Assembly: GCA_944386635.1 (NCBI GenBank)
Contig: CALXBV010000083.1
Span: forward strand, 1 to 56,994
Origin: an uncultured Clostridia bacterium
GTDB lineage: Bacteria > Bacillota > Clostridia > TANB77 > CAG-465
DNA length: 56,994 bases
Direction: 5' to 3'
Within the stretch, counting starts at the first letter, position 1. The number at the start of each line of letters is the position of its first letter. This document shows positions 19,055-30,318 of the stretch, piece after piece. The translations under genes were made by a program, and so were the position numbers. The notes below the pieces were generated by a model, which saw only the letters and a program-made list of their open reading frames with translations, was not told the origin of the DNA and made no database searches.

Positions 19055-19996
19055 ATGGTTATGGAAGTAGCAATATCGTTTTTTAATAATAGAAAAAATA
19101 TAGAATACCAGGATGCATTACAAATTTATTCTTTATTTGAATACATAAAAAAATTTGGAGATCAAGTGCAAATAATTGATTATAGTTTATATGATAGCAA
19201 AGGAAAAAATAATAAATTATTATATGATTTCTTAGAAGATAATACAATATTAACCTCTATAAGGTATAACAGTATTAATGAGATAAAAGAGTATCCACCT
19301 CTTGCAGATAAGTATATTTTTGTAAATGGAGATTTTTCTGAACTTAGTGCATGTGCTTTAGAAAAAGATAAATGCATTGCCTATGGTATAAAAGATATAA
19401 ATAAAGATGAAATAGGCAGTATAGAACAAAAATATGAAAAAATATCTACTCTGTTTGATATTGGAGATAATAGCGTTACAAGGTGTTTAGATCCTATGTT
19501 TTTGTTAAATTGTGATCAATGGGACGAGTTTTCTCAAAAAAGTAAATTAAATGTAGAAAAAGATAAATATATACTAGTTTATTGTGATAATGTGACTAAG
19601 GATATTTTAGAATATAGTAGAAAAATATCAGAGGATTTAAAAATATATATAGTATCTGATAAAGTACAATTTATGTTTTATAAAGGTAAAAGGATAAAAA
19701 ATGCTATGCCATATGATTTAGTAAAGCTTATTGAAAATGCAAAAGATATTGTTACTAACCATGAAGATGCAATAAAATTATCTATTATATTTAATAAAAA
19801 TTTACATATTATATTAGACGAAAATAAAGAAGATAATTATAAAATAGAGATGATAAATGAGTATGGATTAGTAGATAGAGTTATAAATTTATATAGTGAT
19901 AAATTAGAAGAAAAAACAGATTACACTCAAGCTGATGAAAAAATAAATTCACTTAAAGAAATTACATTTAAATTTATTCAAGAAAAAAACACATAA
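19055..19996 (+). CDS. Divergent polysaccharide pyruvyl transferase-like protein
   Basis: LQIYSL..G..VQIIDY, DPMFLL, KYILVY, LIENA..VTN, SIIFNK follow the family layout, but the usual GSDQ and SFHG motifs are missing. Confidence 0.55.
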   Translation: MVMEVAISFFNNRKNIEYQDALQIYSLFEYIKKFGDQVQIIDYSLYDSKGKNNKLLYDFLEDNTILTSIRYNSINEIKEYPPLADKYIFVNGDFSELSACALEKDKCIAYGIKDINKDEIGSIEQKYEKISTLFDIGDNSVTRCLDPMFLLNCDQWDEFSQKSKLNVEKDKYILVYCDNVTKDILEYSRKISEDLKIYIVSDKVQFMFYKGKRIKNAMPYDLVKLIENAKDIVTNHEDAIKLSIIFNKNLHIILDENKEDNYKIEMINEYGLVDRVINLYSDKLEEKTDYTQADEKINSLKEITFKFIQEKNT

Positions 19997-20019
19997 GTAA
20001 AAAAACTTATGTGTTTTTT
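19984..20019. terminator. Bidirectional terminator
   Basis: aaaaaacacataagt-aaaaaa-acttatgtgtttttt. Confidence 0.85.
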
Positions 20020-20623
20020 AAAACATATTAGATAGATCTTTAAATGAAGAGAATAAACTTATTAATAAAGCTATAACTAATAATAGTAATAATATTAATT
20101 TTATACCGACATCTTTAAATATATTTTTATAATATGCTTTTGTTTCCTCTTTTTTTAATTTCTGTAACTCTTCTAAAGACATTCCTTCATATGGATTGTT
20201 ATTAGGTGGATTAAAATTATTGAATCCATTTTGGTATTGATTACCGTATTTTTCTTGAACAGGAGAATAAGAAGAATTGTATTCTGAATTTGTAAATGGA
20301 GAACTAGACAATCTTTTTATTATATCATCCTTTTTTGCAATTACTTGCTTCAAGTATTCATTTTCTTCTAGTATAGTCTGTAATTGTGTATTGTTTTGTG
20401 ATTCTTCTGCTTTTAATTGCTCATCATATTTTGCTCTTTCATTATCATCAGATAAAACATTATATGCTTCGGTATATTCTTTAGATTTTTCTTCAGCCTT
20501 TTTCTTCTCTTCACCTTGAAATAAATCAGGGTGGCATGCTTTCATATGAATTTTAAAAATTTTATTTATTGTGTCTTTAGAAGCTTTTCTGCTTACCTCT
20601 AAAATTTCATAATAATCTTTCAT
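20018..20623 (-). CDS. J-domain (DnaJ-class) protein with C-terminal membrane anchor
   Basis: MKDYYEILEVS, HPD motif, EAYNVLSD..RAKYD; hydrophobic LILLLLLVIALLISLF. Confidence 0.85.
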   Translation of the reverse strand: MKDYYEILEVSRKASKDTINKIFKIHMKACHPDLFQGEEKKKAEEKSKEYTEAYNVLSDDNERAKYDEQLKAEESQNNTQLQTILEENEYLKQVIAKKDDIIKRLSSSPFTNSEYNSSYSPVQEKYGNQYQNGFNNFNPPNNNPYEGMSLEELQKLKKEETKAYYKNIFKDVGIKLILLLLLVIALLISLFSSFKDLSNMF

Positions 20624-20657
20624 TTAACTACCTCAAAAATATATTACATATAAATAT

Positions 20658-20686
20658 ATTTTACTGTAAATAGTAAACAAAGTCAA
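20658..20686 (-). promoter_or_regulatory. SigA promoter of the J-domain gene
   Basis: Minus strand TTGACT-17 bp-TAAAAT. Confidence 0.6.
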
Positions 20687-20751
20687 GCAGAGGGCGAGTA
20701 TGACAAAAAGATATAAAAAAGTAAAAAATATAATTAATTTTTTACTTCATA

Positions 20752-20780
20752 TTGAAATAAAAAAATAGGTATAATATAAT
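20752..20780 (+). promoter_or_regulatory. SigA promoter of pyrG
   Basis: TTGAAA-17 bp-TATAAT. Confidence 0.6.
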
Positions 20781-20797
20781 ATAAATATTTAGAGTAA

Positions 20798-22426
<1,629 letters not shown>

Positions 22427-22504
22427 AATGTATATTTGTATTGAAAATATATACTAAATAAGGTATTATATTATTATGTATAAAATTTGTTAGGAGGTTT
22501 TTTT

Positions 22505-22867
22505 ATGATTAAAGAAAGAAGTATTGTCGTATCTATTATTCTAACAATTATAACTTGTGGTATTTATGGAATATATTGGTTTATAACTTTAACTGATGAT
22601 GCCGCAAGAGCTGCTGGGGATCCAGATTTTTCTGGTGTAAAATCACTTTTATTTTCACTTATAACATGTGGAATATATGGATTATACTGGTATTATAAAA
22701 TGGGTAAAACAATATATGTTGCTCAACAAAAAGTAGGAGTTGCTGCAAGTGATAATTCAATATTATACATAATATTAGGAATAATAAGTGCTGGAATTAT
22801 ATCTTACTGTATAATGCAAAATGATTTGAATACTATTGCAAAAGCTCAAAATGGTGTAAATAACTAA
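22505..22867 (+). CDS. DUF4234-type membrane protein
   Basis: Twice-repeated ITCGIYG.YW; ATG 22505 follows AGGAGG. Confidence 0.8.
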   Translation: MIKERSIVVSIILTIITCGIYGIYWFITLTDDAARAAGDPDFSGVKSLLFSLITCGIYGLYWYYKMGKTIYVAQQKVGVAASDNSILYIILGIISAGIISYCIMQNDLNTIAKAQNGVNN

Positions 22868-22870
22868 TAT

Positions 22871-23242
22871 ATGAGGAAAAAAATTTTAGTAATTATATTA
22901 ATAATTACTATAACAGCTTTTCTGTATTTTAATAATTTGATAAGTATTCCATGTGTATTTTATGAGTTAACAGGATTTTATTGTCCTGGTTGTGGAATAA
23001 CAAGAGTGATTATGTCATTAATTCATGGAGAAATATATCAAGCTTTTAGATATAATATGATATTATTTTTAGATGTACCAGTATTAATAATATTATATGT
23101 TATTAATTTAAAAATAGGTAAAGATAAAAGAGTAAGGAAATGTATAAATGCAGTTGTAACTGTATTATTAGTAATTACTATTTTGTTTGGAATACTAAGA
23201 AATATATCTAAATTTAGTTTCTTAGCACCAATTAGTATTTAG
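22871..23242 (+). CDS. DUF2752-type membrane protein
   Basis: IPCVFYELTGFYCPGCGITR, AFRYN. Confidence 0.85.
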   Translation: MRKKILVIILIITITAFLYFNNLISIPCVFYELTGFYCPGCGITRVIMSLIHGEIYQAFRYNMILFLDVPVLIILYVINLKIGKDKRVRKCINAVVTVLLVITILFGILRNISKFSFLAPISI

Positions 23243-23275
23243 GATAGGATATAAAACAAATATCCTGTCTTTTTT
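23243..23275 (+). terminator. Terminator after the DUF2752 gene
   Basis: gataggatat...atatcctgtc followed by a T tract. Confidence 0.65.
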
Positions 23276-23343
23276 CTTGCAAAAAAGCTTTACATATAGT
23301 AAAATATTATATAGTTTTAAAATACAAATTAGGAGATGATGAA

Positions 23344-23997
23344 TTGTTAAATATATTTACAAAAGAGGGATTAATAACTTTTTTATATACATTACCAGCA
23401 CTCTTAATATCACTTTCTATACATGAGTATGCTCATGCATGGGTAGCGTATAAATTAGGAGATATTTCACAAAAATTAAGGGGAAGATTAACACTTGATC
23501 CATTTAAGCATATTGATCCTTTCGGATTTTTATGTATAGCCTTGTTTGGTGTTGGATGGGGTAAGCCTGTAATGATTGATGACAGAAATTTTAAAGATAG
23601 AGCAAAAGGAACAATGTTTACAGCACTTGCAGGACCAGTTTCTAATATTTTACTTGCATTATTTTTAACTATAGTATTAAAAATTTTAATTATGGTTGGT
23701 CTATTAAGTTTAACAACAACTAATCAAGTGGTAGGATTACTTGTTAATATGCTTGTTGTAACTATTCAATTTAATGTTGTTTTTGGAATATTTAACATGA
23801 TACCTTTGCCACCATTTGATGGCTCAAAAGTGTTATTTTATTTTTTGCCACAAAAATTTAAAGGTATAATGTATACTTTGGAGAGATATTCTTTCCTTAT
23901 TATATTTTTTATATTTATAACTGGTATAGGATCAATTATTATATCACCAGCATATTCTTTAATATTAAGATTTTTGAATTTTATATTAAGATTATAG
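23344..23997 (+). CDS. Site-2 protease family (M50) membrane metalloprotease
   Basis: HEYAH, LTLDPFKHIDP, ALAGPVSN, FNMIPLPPFDG; TTG start. Confidence 0.9.
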   Translation: MLNIFTKEGLITFLYTLPALLISLSIHEYAHAWVAYKLGDISQKLRGRLTLDPFKHIDPFGFLCIALFGVGWGKPVMIDDRNFKDRAKGTMFTALAGPVSNILLALFLTIVLKILIMVGLLSLTTTNQVVGLLVNMLVVTIQFNVVFGIFNMIPLPPFDGSKVLFYFLPQKFKGIMYTLERYSFLIIFFIFITGIGSIIISPAYSLILRFLNFILRL

Positions 23998-24011
23998 AAA
24001 AGAGGAATAAA

Positions 24012-25013
24012 ATGATTTGTTTAGGAATAGAAAGTAGTTGTGATGAAACATCTGTTGCAATAGTAAAAAATGGAAGAGAGGTATTATCTAATATAGTTTC
24101 AACTCAAATACCAATACATAAAAAGTTTGGCGGAGTTGTACCAGAAATTGCTTCAAGAAAGCATTTAACAAATATTTCTTTTGTAGTTAAAGAGGCATTA
24201 GATAAAGCAAATTTAGATTTTAAAGATATAGATTATATAGGAGTAACTTATGGACCAGGATTAATAGGAGCTTTATTAGTAGGAGTAGCATATGCGAAAT
24301 CTCTTGCATATGCGCTAAATATACCTATTGTTCCAACTCATCATATAGAAGGACATATTGCAGCAAATTATTTAACTTACGAAAGTTTAAGACCACCTTT
24401 TATGTCTCTTGTCGTATCAGGAGGACATACACATCTTATATATGTAAAAGATTATGCAGAGTTTGAAATAATTGGGAAAACACGTGATGACGCTGTTGGG
24501 GAAGCTTTTGATAAAGTAGCACGAGTATTAGGTCTTCCATATCCTGGTGGCCCAGAAGTAAGTAAGCTCGCAAGAGATGGAGAGTTTACATATAAGTTAC
24601 CAAAAACTAAATTCGACAATTATGATTTTAGTTTTAGTGGTATAAAAACCGCAGTTATAAATATTGCGCATAAGGAAAAAGAAAATCTTAGAAGAGAAGA
24701 TTTAGCTTGTTCTTTTGAGCAGACTGTAACAGATGAGTTAGTAGATAATTGTATGAGAGCAATGAAGGATTTAAAAATAAACAAAGTAGTACTTGCAGGA
24801 GGTGTATCTGCTAATTTAGTATTAAGAGATAAATTGCAAAAAGCAACCAAAGAAAGAAATTATGAATGTTATTTACCCGATTTAAAATATTGTACAGATA
24901 ATGCTGCTATGATAGCAAGTGCTGCACATTATAATTATATTTGTGGAAAAAGTTTTGATATAAAAGATAAATTAGACTTAAATGCAGTAGCTAATTTAAA
25001 GATAGGGGAGTAG
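24012..25013 (+). CDS. tsaD: tRNA N6-adenosine threonylcarbamoyltransferase
   Basis: LGIESSCDET, GGVVPEIASRKH, HHIEGH, SGGHT, DDAVGEAFDKVAR, CTDNAAMI. Confidence 0.97.
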   Translation: MICLGIESSCDETSVAIVKNGREVLSNIVSTQIPIHKKFGGVVPEIASRKHLTNISFVVKEALDKANLDFKDIDYIGVTYGPGLIGALLVGVAYAKSLAYALNIPIVPTHHIEGHIAANYLTYESLRPPFMSLVVSGGHTHLIYVKDYAEFEIIGKTRDDAVGEAFDKVARVLGLPYPGGPEVSKLARDGEFTYKLPKTKFDNYDFSFSGIKTAVINIAHKEKENLRREDLACSFEQTVTDELVDNCMRAMKDLKINKVVLAGGVSANLVLRDKLQKATKERNYECYLPDLKYCTDNAAMIASAAHYNYICGKSFDIKDKLDLNAVANLKIGE

Positions 25014-25021
25014 GTGAGGTA

Positions 25022-25729
25022 ATGTCAATATATGCTATATCTGATCTTCATTTATCATTTGGTGTAAATAAGCCAATGAATATATTTGGAAAAATATGGG
25101 ATAATTATGAAGAGACAATAAAAGAAAATTGGCTAAAAACAGTAACTGATGATGACACAGTAATTATTCCTGGAGATATTTCATGGGCTATGACACTCAA
25201 TGAGAGTGTTAAGGACTTTGAGTATATAGATAAATTACCAGGGAAGAAAATTATTTTAAGAGGAAATCATGATTATTATTTTTCAACTAAAACAAAGATG
25301 AATAATTTTTTTAATAATCATGGATTTAAAAATTTTTACGTACTTCATAATAATGCATATGAAGTAGAGAACTATATAATTTGTGGAACACGTGGATGGG
25401 GAAAAACAGAAAATAATACTTTAGATCAAGATAATAAAATTATAGCTCGTGAAGAAAATAGACTTACAAATTCATTAAAAGAAGGAAAGAAAATACAAGA
25501 CGAACTAATGCAAAAAGGAATAAAAAAAGATATAATTGTAGCTTTGCATTTTCCTCCGTTTATATCTAATTTTATTAATATAATGGAAGAGTATAATGTA
25601 AAAAAATGTATATATGGGCATTTACATGGATATGGACATTCACTAGTAAAAGAAGGAACTATTAATAATATTGAATATATAATGGTGGGATGTGATTATA
25701 CAGGATTTAAATTAATAAAAATTGGATAA
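25022..25729 (+). CDS. Calcineurin-like metallophosphoesterase
   Basis: ISDLH, PGDISW, RGNHD, HFPP, YGHLH. Confidence 0.9.
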   Translation: MSIYAISDLHLSFGVNKPMNIFGKIWDNYEETIKENWLKTVTDDDTVIIPGDISWAMTLNESVKDFEYIDKLPGKKIILRGNHDYYFSTKTKMNNFFNNHGFKNFYVLHNNAYEVENYIICGTRGWGKTENNTLDQDNKIIAREENRLTNSLKEGKKIQDELMQKGIKKDIIVALHFPPFISNFINIMEEYNVKKCIYGHLHGYGHSLVKEGTINNIEYIMVGCDYTGFKLIKIG

Positions 25730-25765
25730 AAAATGATACAAGAAAAAATTACTTGTATCATTTTT
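25730..25765 (+). terminator. Terminator after the phosphoesterase gene
   Basis: aaaatgatacaag...cttgtatcatttt. Confidence 0.75.
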
Positions 25766-25866
25766 GTTACCTTTTAAAGTATTATATTCAATTATTTATA
25801 TTATCACAAATTAATTCTGTATATTTTTCATAGATACTTTAATAAATTGTATTAATTTAAAATATA

Positions 25867-25893
25867 AAAACTCCAAACAAATTTTGGAGTTTT
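25867..25893 (-). terminator. Terminator of tRNA-Trp
   Basis: aaaactccaaa...tttggagtttt. Confidence 0.7.
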
Positions 25894-25898
25894 GTATT

Positions 25899-25972
25899 TG
25901 GCAGGGGCACTAGGAATCGAACCCAGCTCTGGAGTTTTGGAGACTCTTATTCTACCGATGAACTATGCCCCT
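25899..25972 (-). tRNA. tRNA-Trp (anticodon CCA)
   Basis: Reverse complement AGGGGCA-TA-GTTC-ATCGGTA-GAAT-A-AGAGT-CTCCAAA-ACTCC-AGAG-CTGGG-TTCGATT-CCTAG-TGCCCCT-G-CCA. Confidence 0.96.
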
Positions 25973-25987
25973 ATGTTAACAATGATA

Positions 25988-26016
25988 ATTTTAGCATTTT
26001 TTTAAATTATTTTCAA
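25988..26016 (-). promoter_or_regulatory. SigA promoter of tRNA-Trp
   Basis: Minus strand TTGAAA-17 bp-TAAAAT with extended TG. Confidence 0.7.
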
Positions 26017-26172
26017 GTACTTTTTTATAATAATATAAAAAAAATGATATTACTGTAAAATATATTGAAAAAAGATATATTTAAATAATATAATTAAGTT
26101 AGATTGGATAGTAACATACATAAATTTATTCAAAAAGCAATAGAGAATATAAAGGTGTAAAGGAGGTATAAT

Positions 26173-27159
26173 ATGAGGTGCATTGTTACTGGAGCAACTG
26201 GACATATTGGAAATGTTTTAGTAAGAAAATTGTATAAGAAGGGATATGAAGTTGTAGCTTTTGTATTAAAAAATGATAATATAGATATGTTTAATGGATT
26301 GAATATTGAATATAAATATGGTGATGTTACAAATTTAGAAAGTTTGGAAAAATCTTTTGATGGTGCGGATGTAGTATTTCATTTAGCTGGAATTATAGAT
26401 ATAGGTAATGGTAATAAAAAGAAAATGTATAACGTAAATGTTGAGGGGACAAAAAATGTAGTAAAAGCTTGTAAGAAAGTGGGAGTAAAGAAATTAATTT
26501 ATACTAGTTCTGTACATGCAATACCAGAAAGGCCAAAAGGAGAGATTATAACTGAGACTACTGAATTTTCTAGTAAACTTGTCAAAGGGACATATGCTAA
26601 GACAAAAGCAGAGGCTACAAAATATGTACTTGAGTCACAAGATGAAAAGTTAGATGTTATAATAACTCATCCATCAGGAGTAATAGGTCCTTATGAGTAT
26701 AAACGCTCAAATTTAGGACAACTTATAATAGATTGTTATTATAAAAAAATGAAGGCATATTTAGATGGAGGATATAATTTTGTGGATGTTAGAGATGTAG
26801 CAGATGGATTGGTAGAAGCACTAGAAAAGGGACGCCCAGGTCAGTGTTATATTTTAGGAGGACATTATGTAAGTATAAAGCAACTTATGAAATATATAGA
26901 AGATATTACTAAAGTTCCAGCACCAAAGTTTAAAATAGCAAGGTGGTTTGCATATGCTACTGGATTTTTAGCTGAAATATATTATAAAATATTAAAACAA
27001 AAACCATTATTTACCTCATATTCAGTATATACAACTGGTACAAATAGTAATTTTTCAATAGAAAAAGCTCAAAAAGAGCTTGGATACAAAACTAGGCCTA
27101 TTGAAGATACAATGAAAGATACAATAGAATGGTTAAAGGAAAATAATATAATTAAATAA
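26173..27159 (+). CDS. NAD-dependent epimerase/dehydratase (extended SDR, dihydroflavonol-reductase-like)
   Basis: VTGATGHIG, VFHLAG, YTSSVHA, YAKTK (YxxxK), VDVRDVA. Confidence 0.9.
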   Translation: MRCIVTGATGHIGNVLVRKLYKKGYEVVAFVLKNDNIDMFNGLNIEYKYGDVTNLESLEKSFDGADVVFHLAGIIDIGNGNKKKMYNVNVEGTKNVVKACKKVGVKKLIYTSSVHAIPERPKGEIITETTEFSSKLVKGTYAKTKAEATKYVLESQDEKLDVIITHPSGVIGPYEYKRSNLGQLIIDCYYKKMKAYLDGGYNFVDVRDVADGLVEALEKGRPGQCYILGGHYVSIKQLMKYIEDITKVPAPKFKIARWFAYATGFLAEIYYKILKQKPLFTSYSVYTTGTNSNFSIEKAQKELGYKTRPIEDTMKDTIEWLKENNIIK

Positions 27160-27194
27160 TAATACACCTAAATTTGTTTAGGTGTATTATTTTT
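27158..27194. terminator. Bidirectional terminator
   Basis: 15-bp stem aataatacacctaaa-tttg-tttaggtgtattatt. Confidence 0.85.
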
Positions 27195-28253
27195 GAATAT
27201 ATATAATTTTTGAATCATGTAGTTTATTATAAATAATAATATCTCTACAAGTATTTTAGATATTACTAAATTAAACGAAAATCTGACAGTTAATATTTCT
27301 AAAAATGCATAATTTAAAAATAGTATAGCTACTGCTAGAATGTAGTATTGAAATAATGATTTAAAAACACTAGAGCGATTTTTAAATACAACGTTTCTGT
27401 TAAGTATAAAATTAAAAGCAGAGCTAATAATTCTTGCAAGTACAACATCTATTAATAATGATAAATCTTTATTTTGCATTTGATATGTTATTTTATTAAA
27501 TGCAATTACTAGTAAAAAATCGATTATAAATGATATTATAGCAGATATTACAAATAGTAAACCTATTAATAAATCAGAATTTTTAAGTATACATTTATAT
27601 ATTTTAAAGGAGTCTTTTACTGCGTTGAAGCTAGAAGCTTTATTATTGTCAATATATACAGTGTGTATTCTAATCTCTTTAAAATCTATATTATTTTTTG
27701 CACAGTATAATAACATATTTATTTCATATTCATATCTTTGTCCTTCAATATTTATAAACTCTTGTAAATATTGAAATGGTATTCCTCTAAGTCCAGTTTG
27801 TGTGTCATATACACTTCTTTTTGTAGCAAGTTTAAAAACTAATCTAGTTATAGAATTACCAAGTCTACTTTTAAGTAACATTTCCTTATTTTGAAGCCTA
27901 GTTCCAAGTATAATACTAGATAAATCATTATTTAGTTCCTTAGCAATATTTAATATATCACAAAGTAAATGTTGACCATCTGCATCTGCTGTTATTACAC
28001 CTTTGCACTGAATATTTTCTAGAATATATTTAAATCCAGTCTTTAAAGCTTGACCTTTTCCCATATTTTGATTATGTTGCAATAGTATTACATTTTTATT
28101 AATTTTTTTGAATATTTTTTGCGTTTTATTATTACTTCCATCATTTACAACAACAACAGTAAATTTGTTCTTTATTAATTCTTTCGTAAGTGAAATTAAA
28201 TCTTTAGTTGGGTTATATGCTGGAATAAGTACTACGATATTTTTGTCTTTCAT
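27168..28253 (-). CDS. GT2 glycosyltransferase fused to a GtrA-like membrane domain
   Basis: LIPAYNP, VVVNDGS, NMGKGQALK, TADADGQH, DTQTGLR, RYEYE; C-terminal four hydrophobic segments; ATG 28253 after GAGG. Confidence 0.9.
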   Translation of the reverse strand: MKDKNIVVLIPAYNPTKDLISLTKELIKNKFTVVVVNDGSNNKTQKIFKKINKNVILLQHNQNMGKGQALKTGFKYILENIQCKGVITADADGQHLLCDILNIAKELNNDLSSIILGTRLQNKEMLLKSRLGNSITRLVFKLATKRSVYDTQTGLRGIPFQYLQEFINIEGQRYEYEINMLLYCAKNNIDFKEIRIHTVYIDNNKASSFNAVKDSFKIYKCILKNSDLLIGLLFVISAIISFIIDFLLVIAFNKITYQMQNKDLSLLIDVVLARIISSAFNFILNRNVVFKNRSSVFKSLFQYYILAVAILFLNYAFLEILTVRFSFNLVISKILVEILLFIINYMIQKLYIFKNNTPKQI

Positions 28254-28454
28254 AAAGTTTATCCTCACTATATTTAAAATAATATACCATAAAATTATAT
28301 ATACTTCAAATAAATAGCAAAAAAATATATAATTTCTACAAAAGTTATTTGTTGACTTTTTATGTTATACAATGATATAATAAATCACTAGTATAGAATA
28401 TATGAATATTATATATAAAGTAGAAATACTTTATTTTAAATTTTTTATTTTGGA

Positions 28455-29327
28455 GTGAAACAATTGGATAGATTTGAGACAACTAGAAGAGTAGGAATTT
28501 TGGGGATAGTAGGAAACATATTTTTACTAATTATTAAAATAATAGTAGGTATTTTATCTAAGAGTCAGTCTATGATTGCGGATGCAGCCAATAGTGCAAG
28601 TGATATTTTTGCATCTGCAATGACTTTTATAGGAAATAAGATTGCTAGTGAACCAAGTGATGAAGATCATAATTTTGGACATGGAAAAGCGGAATATATC
28701 TTTTCATTATTAATTAGCATATCTATGATAGTATTATCTTTAAAAATATTATATGATTCGTTATGCTCTATAATATATAAAAATGAGATTAGATTCTCTT
28801 GGTGGCTAATAATTGTATGTATAGTAACTATAGTAACAAAGTTAGTTTTATATTTGTATTCTAAAGGTGCATTAAAAAAATATAACAATATTTTATTAGA
28901 ATCAAATATGAAAGATCACAGAAATGATTGCATTGTAACTAGTTTTACAACTTTATCAATAATACTTAGTTTATTTGGTATATATTGGGTTGATGGTGTA
29001 GTTGGTATAGGAATATCTATTTGGATCTTCTATACTGGTGCTAAAATTTTTATTGAGAGTTATAATGTTTTGATGGATAAATCTATAGATTCAAAAGTCA
29101 AAGATGAAATATATAAAACTATTGTAGAATTTAAAGATATAAAAGAAATATTGGGAATGCATACAATTCCAACAGGATATAAGTATATTTTAGTTTTAAC
29201 TATTGGTGTAGATGGAAAATTAGACACATTTAAAAGTCATGATATAGCAGATAAATTACAAAAAAATATAGAGGAAAGATTTGATGTTATAGATAAAGTA
29301 ATAGTACATGTTGATCCATTAAAATAG
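28455..29327 (+). CDS. Cation diffusion facilitator (CDF) family transporter
   Basis: SQSMIADAANS, DEDHNFGHGKAE, DHRND, SHDIAD, VIVHVDP; GTG start. Confidence 0.92.
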   Translation: MKQLDRFETTRRVGILGIVGNIFLLIIKIIVGILSKSQSMIADAANSASDIFASAMTFIGNKIASEPSDEDHNFGHGKAEYIFSLLISISMIVLSLKILYDSLCSIIYKNEIRFSWWLIIVCIVTIVTKLVLYLYSKGALKKYNNILLESNMKDHRNDCIVTSFTTLSIILSLFGIYWVDGVVGIGISIWIFYTGAKIFIESYNVLMDKSIDSKVKDEIYKTIVEFKDIKEILGMHTIPTGYKYILVLTIGVDGKLDTFKSHDIADKLQKNIEERFDVIDKVIVHVDPLK

Positions 29328-29345
29328 AAAAAGAGGAGAGATGAT

Positions 29346-30197
29346 ATGTTAAAGAAAGTATTGATAACAATTGGTATGGTAATTATAGCAATATTGGTAA
29401 TCTTACTAATGTTTGGTGTTCAACCTCAAATTTGGATTAGTAAGGTATTGTTATGTATTTTGCTATTACTTTTTGGTATGGTTATATTTTTAACATACAA
29501 GGATAATTTGAAGAATAAAAAGAAATTGGTGGCTAATATAATATTAGTACAAGTTGAAGTTATAATTGTTTTCATGATATTTTTAACTTTAGTAAATATT
29601 AATGCAAATGTATATATATTAGAAAGAAATGGGCAAAAATTTGTTATGAGTATTGATGTGAATAACTATATAAAGAAATATTTTACTTATATAAATCCAT
29701 TATTTATAAGTAGAGATTCTGCAATAGAGGAGTATATGAATAGAAGTTCATCAAATAACTCATATGAACAATATATACCAGATGTTATTAAATATAATAA
29801 AAATGTTTTTCCGGATGAAGTAGATTTATATAGTATTAAATCGACCAAAAGAATAATAGAATGTGATGGCTTAAATAGTAATAATAGAGTTGTAGAGTAT
29901 ATAGAAAATGAGGAACAAATGGAAGAGTTCAGAAACACATATAATTTGCAGTTGGAAGAGTATGATGAGGAATTTTTTACAGATCATGACATAGTAGCTG
30001 TTAGTTATGAAGTACTAAAAGAGGTTATTCCGTTTGTAGCTTATGGAGTAGACGATAATATATACGTATATATCAAAGATGATGAAGATGCTACAGCATC
30101 TTCAACAGCATTCTCGTTTATTATAATAGATAAGCAAAATGCACAAAATGTTTATATAAAAGATTATGATACAACAATGAAAAATAATTATGTATAA
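29346..30197 (+). CDS. Hypothetical membrane protein (three N-terminal TM segments plus soluble domain)
   Basis: GAGGAG RBS; hydrophobic N-terminus. Confidence 0.65.
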   Translation: MLKKVLITIGMVIIAILVILLMFGVQPQIWISKVLLCILLLLFGMVIFLTYKDNLKNKKKLVANIILVQVEVIIVFMIFLTLVNINANVYILERNGQKFVMSIDVNNYIKKYFTYINPLFISRDSAIEEYMNRSSSNNSYEQYIPDVIKYNKNVFPDEVDLYSIKSTKRIIECDGLNSNNRVVEYIENEEQMEEFRNTYNLQLEEYDEEFFTDHDIVAVSYEVLKEVIPFVAYGVDDNIYVYIKDDEDATASSTAFSFIIIDKQNAQNVYIKDYDTTMKNNYV

Positions 30198-30213
30198 AAT
30201 CTAATATTTGTAT

Positions 30214-30250
30214 AAAAAATTAAGGGGATAATTGAAATTCCCTTATTTTT
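30214..30250 (+). terminator. Terminator
   Basis: aaggg...ccctt stem followed by a T tract. Confidence 0.5.
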
Positions 30251-30318
30251 ATGCTATTATTAAATAATTGTTAGAGATGGTAAATATTATAGTAATAGTA
30301 ATATTTTAGGAGGTAAAA

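Noticed and set aside
25885-25939. 10-bp direct repeat TGGAGTTTTG shared by the tRNA-Trp anticodon arm and its terminator, a possible att remnant or alternative fold
   Set aside because: It is too short, there is no integrase, and it is plausibly coincidental.
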